Assembly: GCA_029974275.1 (NCBI GenBank)
Contig: JARKSN010000032.1
Coordinates: forward strand, 1-13,189
Source: Candidatus Hydrogenedentota bacterium
Lineage (GTDB): Bacteria > Hydrogenedentota > Hydrogenedentia > Hydrogenedentales > SLHB01
Direction: 5' to 3'
Length of the DNA: 13,189 nt
Made by a program: the position numbers and the translations under genes. The stretch's first letter is position 1. Each line of letters starts with the position of its first letter. The notes below the pieces were generated by a model. It was not told the origin of the DNA. It saw only the letters and a list, made by a program, of their open reading frames with translations, and made no database searches. Below, one piece after another: positions 1 to 8,402 of the stretch.

Positions 1-377
1 CCTTCGCCGTACGCTGCCTGCGACGACGCCACCGCGACCTTCTTGACGTCGAGTTTCATCTCGACGATCAGTTCCATGATCAGCGCCGTACTCGTCGCAT
101 TCGTGCTGAGGAAGGTGCTGAAATCGGGCATGTAGTCCTGATACGCGGCTTGGTGAGAAATGATCTCCACGCCTTCCATCGCGCGCTTCATCACGTCCTT
201 GTCGCGCACGTCGCCGTGGATGAATTCGATTTCCGGTTTTACCCACGCGGGTTTTCCCTTCGGATGCACACGCGGTTGGAGACTGTCCACCACGCGCACG
301 TGATACCCGCGCTCCAACAGCCGATCCGCGATGTGCGACCCGATAAACCCGGCTCCGCCGGTGACTAATGCCTTCAT
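1..377 (-). CDS. NAD-dependent nucleotide-sugar epimerase/dehydratase (extended SDR), N-terminal part; runs off the left edge
   Basis: Not in the ORF track. Manual translation from the ATG at 377 gives MKALVTGGAGFIGSHIADRLLERGYHVRVVDSLQPRVH...GDVRD...HQAAYQDYMPDFSTFLSTNATSTALIME...VASSQAAYGEG, with the TGGAGFIG Rossmann motif. An SD-like AAAGGA lies upstream. Confidence 0.92.
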   Translation of the reverse strand, partial: MKALVTGGAGFIGSHIADRLLERGYHVRVVDSLQPRVHPKGKPAWVKPEIEFIHGDVRDKDVMKRAMEGVEIISHQAAYQDYMPDFSTFLSTNATSTALIMELIVEMKLDVKKVAVASSQAAYGE

Positions 378-392
378 GACGTCATCCTTTTC

Positions 393-1055
393 CTACGTAG
401 GACCTGCACCGAACAGCATGACCCACGGCGTTTTCAGCATGATTTTGACATCGAGCCAGATGGATTGATTGTGGATGTACTCAAGATCATCCGCGTACAT
501 CTGCTCAAACGTGGACTGGCTGCGGCGACGCACCTGGTTCAGCCCCGTAATGCCCGGACGCACCAACAATCGCAGCTTCTTGCGCGCGTCGTAGAGTTCG
601 TATTCATAGGGCACGGGCGGACGCGGGCCGACGATCGACATGTCGCCCTTGAGCACGTTCAGCATCTGCGGAAACTCGTCGAGGCTCACGCGGCGGATGA
701 GTTTGCCAATGGCGGTGACGCGCGGATCGTTCGTGAGTTTGAACACCTCTTCGCCGGTCTTGTCGTCCACATGGCCTTTGCCGTCGGCCACATACCTGCG
801 GATGAACTCCTTGTGTTTGCTCGCGTCGCCGTCGGTCGCCATCGAGCGGAATTTGTAGTAGGTGAAGGCCTTGCCGTCCTTGCCGATCACCGTGCCGCGA
901 TACAGCGCCGGTCCGGGCGAGGTCAGCTTGATGGCAATCGAAACGACGAGAAAGACCGGCGACAAGGCCACGAGCGCCATCGTTGCCACGGCGATATCAA
1001 GCGCGCGTTTGCAGAACAAGAACAGCGGATCGGTCCGCGGCGTCACGTCGGTCAT
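393..1055 (-). CDS. Priming sugar transferase (undecaprenyl-phosphate glycosyl-1-phosphate transferase, small Bac_transf type)
   Basis: Motifs KRALDI-(hydrophobic helix)-SPGP, YKFRSM, DPRVTAIGKLIRRVSLDEFPQMLNVLKGDMSIVGPRP, RPGITGLNQV and DLEYI. Start placed at ATG 1055, which overlaps the upstream TGA (ATGA); the longer ORF from 1169 overlaps gmhA. Confidence 0.93.
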   Translation of the reverse strand: MTDVTPRTDPLFLFCKRALDIAVATMALVALSPVFLVVSIAIKLTSPGPALYRGTVIGKDGKAFTYYKFRSMATDGDASKHKEFIRRYVADGKGHVDDKTGEEVFKLTNDPRVTAIGKLIRRVSLDEFPQMLNVLKGDMSIVGPRPPVPYEYELYDARKKLRLLVRPGITGLNQVRRRSQSTFEQMYADDLEYIHNQSIWLDVKIMLKTPWVMLFGAGPT

Positions 1056-1645
1056 GCGCATCCGCCCGAACACGCGGCGCTCCTGCCGCCCAGCGCGGTC
1101 TTCAACACTTCGACCAAGGCATGCTCGAGGATTAGGTGGGCGTCTTCCGCCACGGCGATGCAGGCGCACGGGGCGTTGAGGTGGACGTCCACGATGTCCT
1201 TCAACGCGCCGCCGTCGAAGCCCGTCATGCCGACCACGTTCAGCCCTTGGGCGCGGGCCGTCTTTGCGGCCTCCAGCACGTTCGGCGAATTGCCGCTGCC
1301 GGAAATGGCCACCAAGAGATCGCCAGGGCGCGCCAACGCCTCGATCTGCTTCGAGAAAATCTGCGCGTACGCGATATCGTTCGCATACGCCGTGACAAGG
1401 GACATGTTGTCGGCCAGGCCGATCGCGCGGATCGGGCGGCGCCCCGACGCCTCTGCCGGGGCTTTCACGAGGTCGTTCACCATGTGCGTGGCGGTCGCGG
1501 CGCTCCCGCCGTTGCCGCAGACATAGATGACCTTGTCGTTATCGTACGTATGCTGAACGATCGCGACCATGGCTTGGAACGCGTCACGGTCGATGCCCTT
1601 CAAGGTCGCATGCAACAATCCGAGATAGTCGTCAAACGTTACCAT
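1052..1645 (-). CDS. gmhA: SIS-domain phosphoheptose (sedoheptulose-7-P) isomerase, GmhA-like
   Basis: Motifs CGNGGSAA, TAYANDIAYAQIFSKQI, GDLLVAISGSGNSPNV, TGFDGG and EDAHL. Start at ATG 1645 with GGAG upstream. Confidence 0.85.
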   Translation of the reverse strand: MVTFDDYLGLLHATLKGIDRDAFQAMVAIVQHTYDNDKVIYVCGNGGSAATATHMVNDLVKAPAEASGRRPIRAIGLADNMSLVTAYANDIAYAQIFSKQIEALARPGDLLVAISGSGNSPNVLEAAKTARAQGLNVVGMTGFDGGALKDIVDVHLNAPCACIAVAEDAHLILEHALVEVLKTALGGRSAACSGGCA

Positions 1646-1670
1646 GCCAAGCTCCGTTTCCTGCGATTTT

Positions 1671-1740
1671 CCACGGAGACACAAAGGACGCAGAGAAAAC
1701 TCGGAGAAAAAGAGACGGAATCGCTTTGCGCCATTGCGTT
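1671..1740. repeat. Intergenic REP-like imperfect inverted repeat
   Basis: The left arm CCACGGAGACACAAAGGACGCAGAG contains three CRCRRAG units at 8-9 nt spacing. The right arm CTTTGCGCCATTGCGT is a degenerate reverse complement. On the mRNA strand GGCGCAAAG/CUUUGUGUC can pair with G-U pairs. Confidence 0.4.
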
Positions 1741-1781
1741 CATCTCTTTATCACGCTCTTTTTTTGAAGCGTTTACCCCAT

Positions 1782-2942
1782 TCAGCGTCCCAATGCGCGC
1801 TGATACGTCTCCGCATATTGCCGCGCGATGCGATCCCAAGTATACTCGATCTCGACGTGTCGTTGCGCATTTGCGCCCAGTTCCGCCACGCGTTCCGGTT
1901 GCGCGATCAACTGCGTCAATTGGGCGCGCAAGTCGGCGACGTTCCCTTGGGCGAACGTCGCCCCGTGCGGCGACGGCGTTGCGGTCGTGTCGGCGTGCGC
2001 GTAGCCCAATCGCGGCGGGTCAATCACCTCCACCACCTCCGGGATGTCGCTCGTCAGGCAGCACAACCCTGCGCCCATCGCTTCGAGCAACACGATCGGA
2101 AGCCCTTCGATATCCGACGGCAAACAGAAAAGATACGCGTTGTGATAGGCCTCTTCCTTTTCTTCGCCGTAGAGCGCGCCCGTGAACACAATGCGGTCAT
2201 CGCCCTCTGCAAGACCGCACACCTTGTTGTAGTAATCGGTTGCATGCCGTGCATCGCCAACGATGAGCAGCTTCATGTCGGTCTCCACCTGCCGGAACGC
2301 GGGAACCAAGTAATGGCTGCCTTTCTCCGGCACAATGCGCCCGAGGTAGAGAATGTACTTGCGCGGTTCGATGCCGAAACGGCGGAGTTTGTCCAGCGGA
2401 CGCGGCGCGATGGCAGGCACGCCGTTCGGAATGTAGTCGACCGCTTTGCCATAGCGTTCGCGGCAATAACGTTCGAGAAAACGTGACACCACCGTTGTCC
2501 GATTCGGAAACAGCAGCGCGCAACGCTCACCGAGTTTGAGCACCAGCTTCGCAACCGTGCCCCATTTGTCGCGCCGCCAATCGAGGCCATGCAGCGTGCA
2601 CACCGTCTTGCGGCCAAACAGACGCGGAAGAAACGACAACAAGGCAGGGCCCATCGAGTGAAACTGAATCACCTCGCACTCTTTGGTCGCCACGAGCATT
2701 GACAAGAACGAGTGCGTGATTGCCTCCAAATGCTTTGTGTATATCGCGGGCAGGCTTGCAAGGCGCACGCCGTGGAAGGCGGTCAGTCCCTCGCGGTTGT
2801 ATCGCGCGCGGCAATAGACCGTCACCTCGTGTCCCTGCTCAACCAGGCGGACGCTCACCTCTTCGATCAATTTCTCGACGCCGCCCGCCGTGCCGCTCGA
2901 CGCGCCCCCAATCGTGATGAGCCCCACTATGCCGATACGCAT
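1782..2942 (-). CDS. Glycosyltransferase family 4 (GT-B)
   Basis: N-terminal GGVEKLIEEVS, YIPNGV, LYLGRIVPEKG and the EX7E motif LPSDIEGLPIVLLEAM; C-terminal YTWDRIA. Confidence 0.93.
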   Translation of the reverse strand: MRIGIVGLITIGGASSGTAGGVEKLIEEVSVRLVEQGHEVTVYCRARYNREGLTAFHGVRLASLPAIYTKHLEAITHSFLSMLVATKECEVIQFHSMGPALLSFLPRLFGRKTVCTLHGLDWRRDKWGTVAKLVLKLGERCALLFPNRTTVVSRFLERYCRERYGKAVDYIPNGVPAIAPRPLDKLRRFGIEPRKYILYLGRIVPEKGSHYLVPAFRQVETDMKLLIVGDARHATDYYNKVCGLAEGDDRIVFTGALYGEEKEEAYHNAYLFCLPSDIEGLPIVLLEAMGAGLCCLTSDIPEVVEVIDPPRLGYAHADTTATPSPHGATFAQGNVADLRAQLTQLIAQPERVAELGANAQRHVEIEYTWDRIARQYAETYQRALGR

Positions 2943-2949
2943 GGCGCGT

Positions 2950-4254
2950 CTACCTCCGAGCAGCCTTCAGTGCACGCTCATAAATTTCCATGATGCGCGG
3001 ATACTGCGGTTCGGCGTCGTATTCCTCTTCTGCGCGTTTCCGCGCGCGCACGCCCATCTCGCGCAGGCGCGACTCGTCCGACAATGCCTCGCGCAATGCA
3101 CGCACAAGATCGGCGACATTTCCGCTTTCAAATAGAAACCCCGTTTCGCCATCGAGGATCATTTCGCCCAAGCCGCCAATGCGCGCCCCGATGACCGGCT
3201 TGCCGTACGCATACGCTTCGATCAGCGCAAGCGGGCAGTTCTCGTACCACTCCGACGGGATCACGATCGCCTTTGCCCCGCGAATGGCTTCGCTGAGCGC
3301 CTTCCCGGAAAGGTGGCCCGTGAGTTCGAGATTCGTCGCGCCGCTCTCGCTCGCCGCGTGCGCGATCTCTTCCTCGAAAGGGCCGCGCCCCGTGATTTTG
3401 AGGCGCGTATCCGGAAACTCCCGCATCGCCGCGGCAAGCGTGAGCACGCCCTTTTCCCGCGACAGTCGCCCGAGATACAGCAGGTATTCGCCCGGCGCAT
3501 ACCGAGGCTCGTACCCTTCTACGCGCACAAAGTTCGGCGCGTACGTGACTTTTGCCTCGTCAATGCCGAACTCGATGAGTTTCCGGCCCGTGAAGCGCGA
3601 CGGCGCAACGATGACGTCGTAGAGATCGTTGTAGCGCAGCAGATGATGTGCGTACATCTCGACCGTATTGACGAAGCTGGCGAGTCGCGATCCTTTCGTG
3701 CAGCGATGGATCGTCGCGTTGTAATACCGGCGCCCCCTGCACCGCTCGCAGATGCCGTCGTGCGTGTACAGCTTGTAGTTGGGGCAGATCAACTTAAAGT
3801 CATGCGTCGTGAACACGACCGGGATGCCGCGCTTCTTGAGTTCCGGCAAAATGCTCGGGCTGATTTGGTGATGAAAATTGTGCACATGCGCGATATCGAA
3901 CGGAATGGCGTCCAGTAGCCGCGCAATCCGCTTCCGCGCCTCCCCAGAGTAGACGGTGCGGGCCGCCAGCGTGAGTTTTTGACGCAAACCCGATGGGCCG
4001 TCGTAGTCTACGCGGTCAATAAAATACGCTTCTTCCGGCGAAGGGACATTCTCCGGGTGGCGCATCGAGAAGTGCCCGACGAAGTGGCCGTGTGCGCGCA
4101 AGAGATCGGTCAGCCCGAAATAACAAACCTCCGAACCGCCGTTGAGGAAATGAAACTTATTCACGTGCAGCACGCGCAGGGAGGTTGCAGCGGCGCGCGG
4201 GGGTTCCTGGGCAACGTGCGTTTTCGTTCCTTTTATGGCGCCCTGGTGCGACAT
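2950..4254 (-). CDS. Glycosyltransferase family 4 (GT-B)
   Basis: LRVLHVNKFHFLNGGSE, HVHNFHHQISPS, the Cys cluster TTHDFKLICP...CERC...C, LYLGRLSREKG and PSEWYENCPLALIEA. Start chosen at ATG 4254 because the ORF extension to 4386 overlaps the divergent gene and promoters. Confidence 0.9.
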   Translation of the reverse strand: MSHQGAIKGTKTHVAQEPPRAAATSLRVLHVNKFHFLNGGSEVCYFGLTDLLRAHGHFVGHFSMRHPENVPSPEEAYFIDRVDYDGPSGLRQKLTLAARTVYSGEARKRIARLLDAIPFDIAHVHNFHHQISPSILPELKKRGIPVVFTTHDFKLICPNYKLYTHDGICERCRGRRYYNATIHRCTKGSRLASFVNTVEMYAHHLLRYNDLYDVIVAPSRFTGRKLIEFGIDEAKVTYAPNFVRVEGYEPRYAPGEYLLYLGRLSREKGVLTLAAAMREFPDTRLKITGRGPFEEEIAHAASESGATNLELTGHLSGKALSEAIRGAKAIVIPSEWYENCPLALIEAYAYGKPVIGARIGGLGEMILDGETGFLFESGNVADLVRALREALSDESRLREMGVRARKRAEEEYDAEPQYPRIMEIYERALKAARR

Positions 4255-4260
4255 GGGTGC

Positions 4261-4289
4261 ATCATAGCGGTCGTTCTTGGCGGGGTCAA
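4261..4289 (-). promoter_or_regulatory. Sigma70-type promoter of the polysaccharide operon
   Basis: Minus strand reads TTGACC (4289-4284), a 17-nt spacer, then TATGAT (4266-4261). Each box matches consensus at 5/6 positions and the spacing is optimal. Confidence 0.7.
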
Positions 4290-4307
4290 TGGCTGCCCGC
4301 CAAGTTT

Positions 4308-4336
4308 TTGCGGTGTGGGCCGCTGATCTATAGTCT
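4308..4336 (+). promoter_or_regulatory. Putative sigma70 promoter for the divergent GT2 gene
   Basis: TTGCGG (4308-4313), 17 nt, then TAGTCT (4331-4336); an overlapping TATAGT sits at 4329-4334. GAGGAAG SD precedes ATG 4365. Confidence 0.4.
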
Positions 4337-4364
4337 GAGCGGAAGACGTACGAGAGGAAGACCC

Positions 4365-5114
4365 ATGCCGGAGATTTCGCCGTCATCCGCGCCGAATGCG
4401 CTGTTCTACTCCATCATCGTGCCGGCGCACAACGAGGAACGGAACATTGCCCGGACGCTTCGCGCGTTGGCCGGGGCCTTGCACGGGGCCGCCATACCGT
4501 TTGAGATTGTCGCCGTGAACGACAACAGCTCCGACGGCACGGCGCAGGCCGTCGAGACTTTGCGCGAGGAAATCGCGGAGCTTCGGCTTGTCCACAACGC
4601 GCCGCCGCCGGGATTGGGCCGCGCCATTCGCTGCGGACTCGAACATTTCCGCGGCGATGCCGTGGCCATTGTCATGGCGGATTGTTCCGACAGCCCCGAT
4701 GACGTCGTGGCGTGTTATCGCAAACTCGAGGAAGGCTATGACTGCGTGTTCGGGTCGCGGTTTCTGCCGGGCAGCCGGGTGACGGATTATCCTCCCGTGA
4801 AGCTAGCGTGCAACCGGCTCGGAAACCGGCTCATCCAAGCCCTTTTCGGGACGCGCCACAACGATCTCACGAACGCGTTCAAGGCATACCGCCGCCATGT
4901 CATCGAGGACATCTCGCCGGTGCGGTCGGACCACTTCGATATCACCGTCGAATTGTCGTTGTCCGCGCTGACTCGTGGCCATGCCATCGCGGCCATGCCC
5001 ATTTCCTGGACCGGCCGCACATGGGGCCAATCCAAGCTCCGTCTGCGTGAAATGGCCCTTCGTTATCTCACGACGATTCTCAGAATCCGCTTCGGGCTTT
5101 CCGCGCGCGGCTGA
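4365..5114 (+). CDS. Glycosyltransferase family 2 (DPM1/polyprenol-phosphate glycosyltransferase-like)
   Basis: YSIIVPAHNEE, VNDNSSDGT, GLGRAIRCG, IVMADCSDSP, GYDCVFGSRF, DLTNAFKAYR and RTWGQSKL. ATG 4365 with SD GAGG. Confidence 0.9.
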   Translation: MPEISPSSAPNALFYSIIVPAHNEERNIARTLRALAGALHGAAIPFEIVAVNDNSSDGTAQAVETLREEIAELRLVHNAPPPGLGRAIRCGLEHFRGDAVAIVMADCSDSPDDVVACYRKLEEGYDCVFGSRFLPGSRVTDYPPVKLACNRLGNRLIQALFGTRHNDLTNAFKAYRRHVIEDISPVRSDHFDITVELSLSALTRGHAIAAMPISWTGRTWGQSKLRLREMALRYLTTILRIRFGLSARG

Positions 5115-5128
5115 GCGCTCCGTCGGGA

Positions 5129-5728
5129 CTACGGAAACAGCCACTCGCCTTTCCAGCCGGCTCCGTCACGGCGGAAAAGGACCCGCTCATGCAGCCGAAA
5201 GGGCTTTTCGTGCCAAAACTCGATGACGTCCGGCAGCAGGCGGAATCCGGACCAAAACGGCGGACGGGGGACCTTGCCGATGTTGAATTTGAGCGCGTAT
5301 CGGGCGACGCGTTGCTCGAGTTCCCAACGTCCGGGCAACGGCTGTGATTGCTTGGAGGCCCAAGCCCCGAGTTGACTCAGGCGCTCGCGCGAAGCGAAAT
5401 ACGCATCGGCTTCCTCGTCGGAAACCGGCTCGACGCGTCCCTGCGCCCGGATTTGCTTGCACAGCGGCATGCAATGAAAGCACAGCGCCGCCTGAGGATT
5501 CTCGGTCAATTCACGCGCCTTGGGCGACGTCAAATTCGTGTAGAACACGAACCCGCGCGCATCGATGCCCTTCAACAGCAGCATTCGCACGCTCGGCATG
5601 CCGGAGGCGTCCGCCGTCGCCAGCGAGAACGCGGTCGGCTCTTTCATGTCCGTTTTCTTGGCCTCGTCCAACCACTGCTTGAAGAGTTCGATTGGGTCCG
5701 CATCGGGCGCAATCCCCATTCCCGCCAT
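5129..5728 (-). CDS. pdxH: Pyridoxine/pyridoxamine 5'-phosphate oxidase
   Basis: [56 protein letters not shown] and terminal WLFP. An alternative start at 5719 is possible. Confidence 0.95.
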   Translation of the reverse strand: MAGMGIAPDADPIELFKQWLDEAKKTDMKEPTAFSLATADASGMPSVRMLLLKGIDARGFVFYTNLTSPKARELTENPQAALCFHCMPLCKQIRAQGRVEPVSDEEADAYFASRERLSQLGAWASKQSQPLPGRWELEQRVARYALKFNIGKVPRPPFWSGFRLLPDVIEFWHEKPFRLHERVLFRRDGAGWKGEWLFP

Positions 5729-5780
5729 CCTTCCCGTTTATGCCCCAGGCTGCCGCGCCACCCCGCGCGATAACGCCCCC

Positions 5781-5822
5781 AAAAAGCCGAGGAACCCTTC
5801 CCCATCCAGAAAGGTTCCCCAG
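5781..5822 (-). terminator. Rho-independent terminator after pta-ackA
   Basis: Minus strand CTGGGGAACCTTTC-TGGATGGG-GAAGGGTTCCTCGG forms a 14-bp stem (including G-U pairs) followed by CTTTTT, about 23 nt after the ackA stop. Confidence 0.7.
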
Positions 5823-5845
5823 AATTGTCGAGATACGGCGCGCTT

Positions 5846-7111
5846 CTACACGGTTTCCGCGACGCGCTCCGAACGATTGGCGGCGCCATCGCCCGTGACC
5901 AAGCGGGCCGTCTCGCGCGCAATCATCAGCTCTTCGTCCGTTGGAATGACCAGCACGCGGACGGTGGCGTGATCCTGCGAGATGTCCCGCTCGTTCCGGG
6001 CGTTTTTCTCTTCATCGATCGCCACGCCAAGATATCCCGCCTGCTTGAGAATGCGGCTGCGCATTTCGGCCCCTCGCTCGCCGATTCCTCCGGTGAACAC
6101 AATCGCATCGACGCCGTTCATCACCATTGCATACGAGCCCGTGAAACGGGCCACGCGGTAGGCGAACATCTCGAGCGCAAGCTGCGCATCCGGGTCGCCC
6201 TTGGCGGCCAACGCTTCGCAGTCCCGCACATCCGCATGGCCGCAAACGCCCTCGAACCCGCTCTGCTTGTTCAACGTGCGATCGACCTCGTCGGCGGTCA
6301 TGCCCATTTCCTTGATCATGAACAGCGGGATATAGGGGTCCATATCGCCGCAACGCGTGCCCATCATCACCCCTCCCAACGGAGTGAGGCCCATGCTGGT
6401 CTCGACGGACTTGCCGTGGTCGACGGCGGTGATGCTGCTCCCATTGCCGAGGTGACAGGTGATGAGGCGCAGGTCCTTCAGCGGCTGGCCGAGAAGCTTC
6501 GCCGCTTCCAGGGCGACGTAGTGGTGCGACGTGCCGTGAAATCCGTATTTTCGGACGCCGTATTCCGTGTACATGCTTTTCGGGACTGGATACCGGTATG
6601 CCTGCGGCGGGATGGTATGGTGGAACGCCGTGTCGAACACGGCGACTTGGGGGATCCCGCTGAATATTTTCTCGCACGCTTCGATGCCTTCGAGCGCGGG
6701 AGGATTGTGCAGCGGAGCCAGGCGCGAGCATTTGCGAATGCCCGCGAGCACGTCGTCGTCGATGATGACCGACCCCGTGAATTCCTCGCCTCCATGAACG
6801 ACGCGGTGGCCAATCCCCACGATTTCGGTGATGTCGCTAATGACGCCGCAGTCCGAGCAGAGAAGAGTCTTGCAAATGGCGTCAATGGCCGCGCCATGAT
6901 CGGGAACGGCCACCAGACCGTTGCTCTTCGCAAAAACGGCTTGCCGCTGACACAACTTCCAATCCGTCTCGCAACAGGCGCACTGAATGCGCGAACCCGT
7001 CAGCCCGATGCGCTCGACCGATCCCTTCGCAATGACCTGGCTGCCGCCGTTGACATCGAACACCTTGAACTTGACGGAAGACGAACCGCTGTTCAGGACC
7101 AATACTTTCAT
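5846..7111 (-). CDS. ackA: Acetate kinase
   Basis: VLVLNSGSSSVKF, GHRVVHGG, LAPLHNP, VAVFDTAFH, RKYGFHGTSH, HLGNGSS, TSMGLTPLGG, GTRCGD, FTGGIGE and IPTDEELMIA; adjacent to pta. Confidence 0.97.
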   Translation of the reverse strand: MKVLVLNSGSSSVKFKVFDVNGGSQVIAKGSVERIGLTGSRIQCACCETDWKLCQRQAVFAKSNGLVAVPDHGAAIDAICKTLLCSDCGVISDITEIVGIGHRVVHGGEEFTGSVIIDDDVLAGIRKCSRLAPLHNPPALEGIEACEKIFSGIPQVAVFDTAFHHTIPPQAYRYPVPKSMYTEYGVRKYGFHGTSHHYVALEAAKLLGQPLKDLRLITCHLGNGSSITAVDHGKSVETSMGLTPLGGVMMGTRCGDMDPYIPLFMIKEMGMTADEVDRTLNKQSGFEGVCGHADVRDCEALAAKGDPDAQLALEMFAYRVARFTGSYAMVMNGVDAIVFTGGIGERGAEMRSRILKQAGYLGVAIDEEKNARNERDISQDHATVRVLVIPTDEELMIARETARLVTGDGAANRSERVAETV

Positions 7112-7150
7112 GCCTTGACACTCCGATCGTGATTTCGCGCCCAGGGCGCT

Positions 7151-8155
7151 TTACCGCATTATCTGGCTTTGCACCACCGTCACCGCCGCGACGCCCACAA
7201 TATCTTCCCACGAGCAGCCCCGCGACAAGTCGTTGACAGGCAACCGCAGCCCCTGCAACACGGGGCCATACGCTTCCGCGCCCGCCAAGCGTTGAACCAG
7301 TTTGTAGGCGATGTTGCCGGCGTCCAGATCGGGAAACACCAGCACGCGGGCGCGACCCGCCACTTCGCTCCCCGGAGCCTTGGACTTGCCCACGCTCTCC
7401 ACGAGCGCCGCGTCGCCTTGCAACTCGCCGTCGATCCGCACGGGCGAATCCGCGCCGAACCGTTCGGCCATGCGTTCCTTGGCGATGCGCGTCGCCTCGA
7501 CCACCTTCTCGGTCAACACGCTCTTCGCGGAACCTTTCGTCGAATACGACAACATGGCCACATACGGGTCAATCCCGAAATTCAGCGCCGTCTGCGCGGT
7601 GCTCAACGCGATCTCCGCCAACTGCATGGCATCGGGATTCTCCACCAGTCCGCAGTCCGCGAACAAATACGTCACGCCCGTATCCGGCATGTCCATGAAA
7701 AAGAACGACGAAACCAGCGCGCAGCCCGGCGCCGTGCGCAAAATCTGAAGCGCGGGACGCAGCGTGGCGGCCGTCGAATGAATCGCCCCCGCCACCATTC
7801 CGTTCGCCAGTCCCCGGTGCAACATCATCATGCCGTGATGAATCGGTTCGAGCACGGCCTCTCGGGCCTGCTCGGGCGTCACTCCCTTGGCCTTGCGCAG
7901 GGCATAAAACTCTTCCGCGAACGAGGAGGTCCATTCCGCCGATGCGGGATCGACCACGCGCAACGCGCGCTTGATGCCCAGCGCTTCGAGTTTGGAGCGC
8001 ACCATCGCCTCATCGCCTATCAAAACGACGGAGCCGATGCCCTGTTCCTCGATGGCGTCAGCCGCCAGCAGGGTGCGGTCATCCTCGGGTTCCGGAAGCA
8101 AGATGGTCTTCGGGTCCTTTCGGGCTTTGGCAATGACAGCGTCAATGAACTTCAT
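7151..8155 (-). CDS. pta: Phosphate acetyltransferase (short, single-domain class I Pta)
   Basis: ILLPEPEDDRTL, LRPALQILRTAPG, VSSFF, FADCGL, AMLSYSTKGSA, DGELQGDAAL, FPDLDAGNIAYKL, GPVLQGL and NDLSRGCS. Start at ATG 8155 with SD GAGG; 8170 is the alternative. Confidence 0.96.
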   Translation of the reverse strand: MKFIDAVIAKARKDPKTILLPEPEDDRTLLAADAIEEQGIGSVVLIGDEAMVRSKLEALGIKRALRVVDPASAEWTSSFAEEFYALRKAKGVTPEQAREAVLEPIHHGMMMLHRGLANGMVAGAIHSTAATLRPALQILRTAPGCALVSSFFFMDMPDTGVTYLFADCGLVENPDAMQLAEIALSTAQTALNFGIDPYVAMLSYSTKGSAKSVLTEKVVEATRIAKERMAERFGADSPVRIDGELQGDAALVESVGKSKAPGSEVAGRARVLVFPDLDAGNIAYKLVQRLAGAEAYGPVLQGLRLPVNDLSRGCSWEDIVGVAAVTVVQSQIMR

Positions 8156-8321
8156 GCAGTGGTTCCTCATTTCGGCGCCCCAAACGCACAGGGACGCGCT
8201 CCCTTTCGCTTTTCGATTTGGTTACTGCGCGGCTGCTACCGCATACATGCAGAGCAATCCCTGAAGAAAACAAGCACAAAACATGCCATGCGGACCCTGC
8301 CGCAACCCGGCACAAAGGCGT

Positions 8322-8351
8322 ATTATACCGTATATGGGGACGTTTTTGCTA
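8322..8351 (-). promoter_or_regulatory. Putative sigma70 promoter for pta-ackA
   Basis: Perfect TATAAT on the minus strand (8327-8322), a weak -35 TAGCAA 18 nt upstream, and an AT-rich upstream tract (8360-8380) in otherwise GC-rich DNA. Confidence 0.5.
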
Positions 8352-8402
8352 GGAAATCCGTACATATTTTTCTTACAAACCGACCCAAGGGCGCTTCCGT
8401 TC

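Noticed and set aside
150..3918. Plus-strand ORFs over the polysaccharide genes (e.g. 465-1526, 1136-2185, 1644-2486, 2990-3622)
   Set aside because: These are shadow ORFs of the minus-strand glycosyltransferase, isomerase and epimerase genes.
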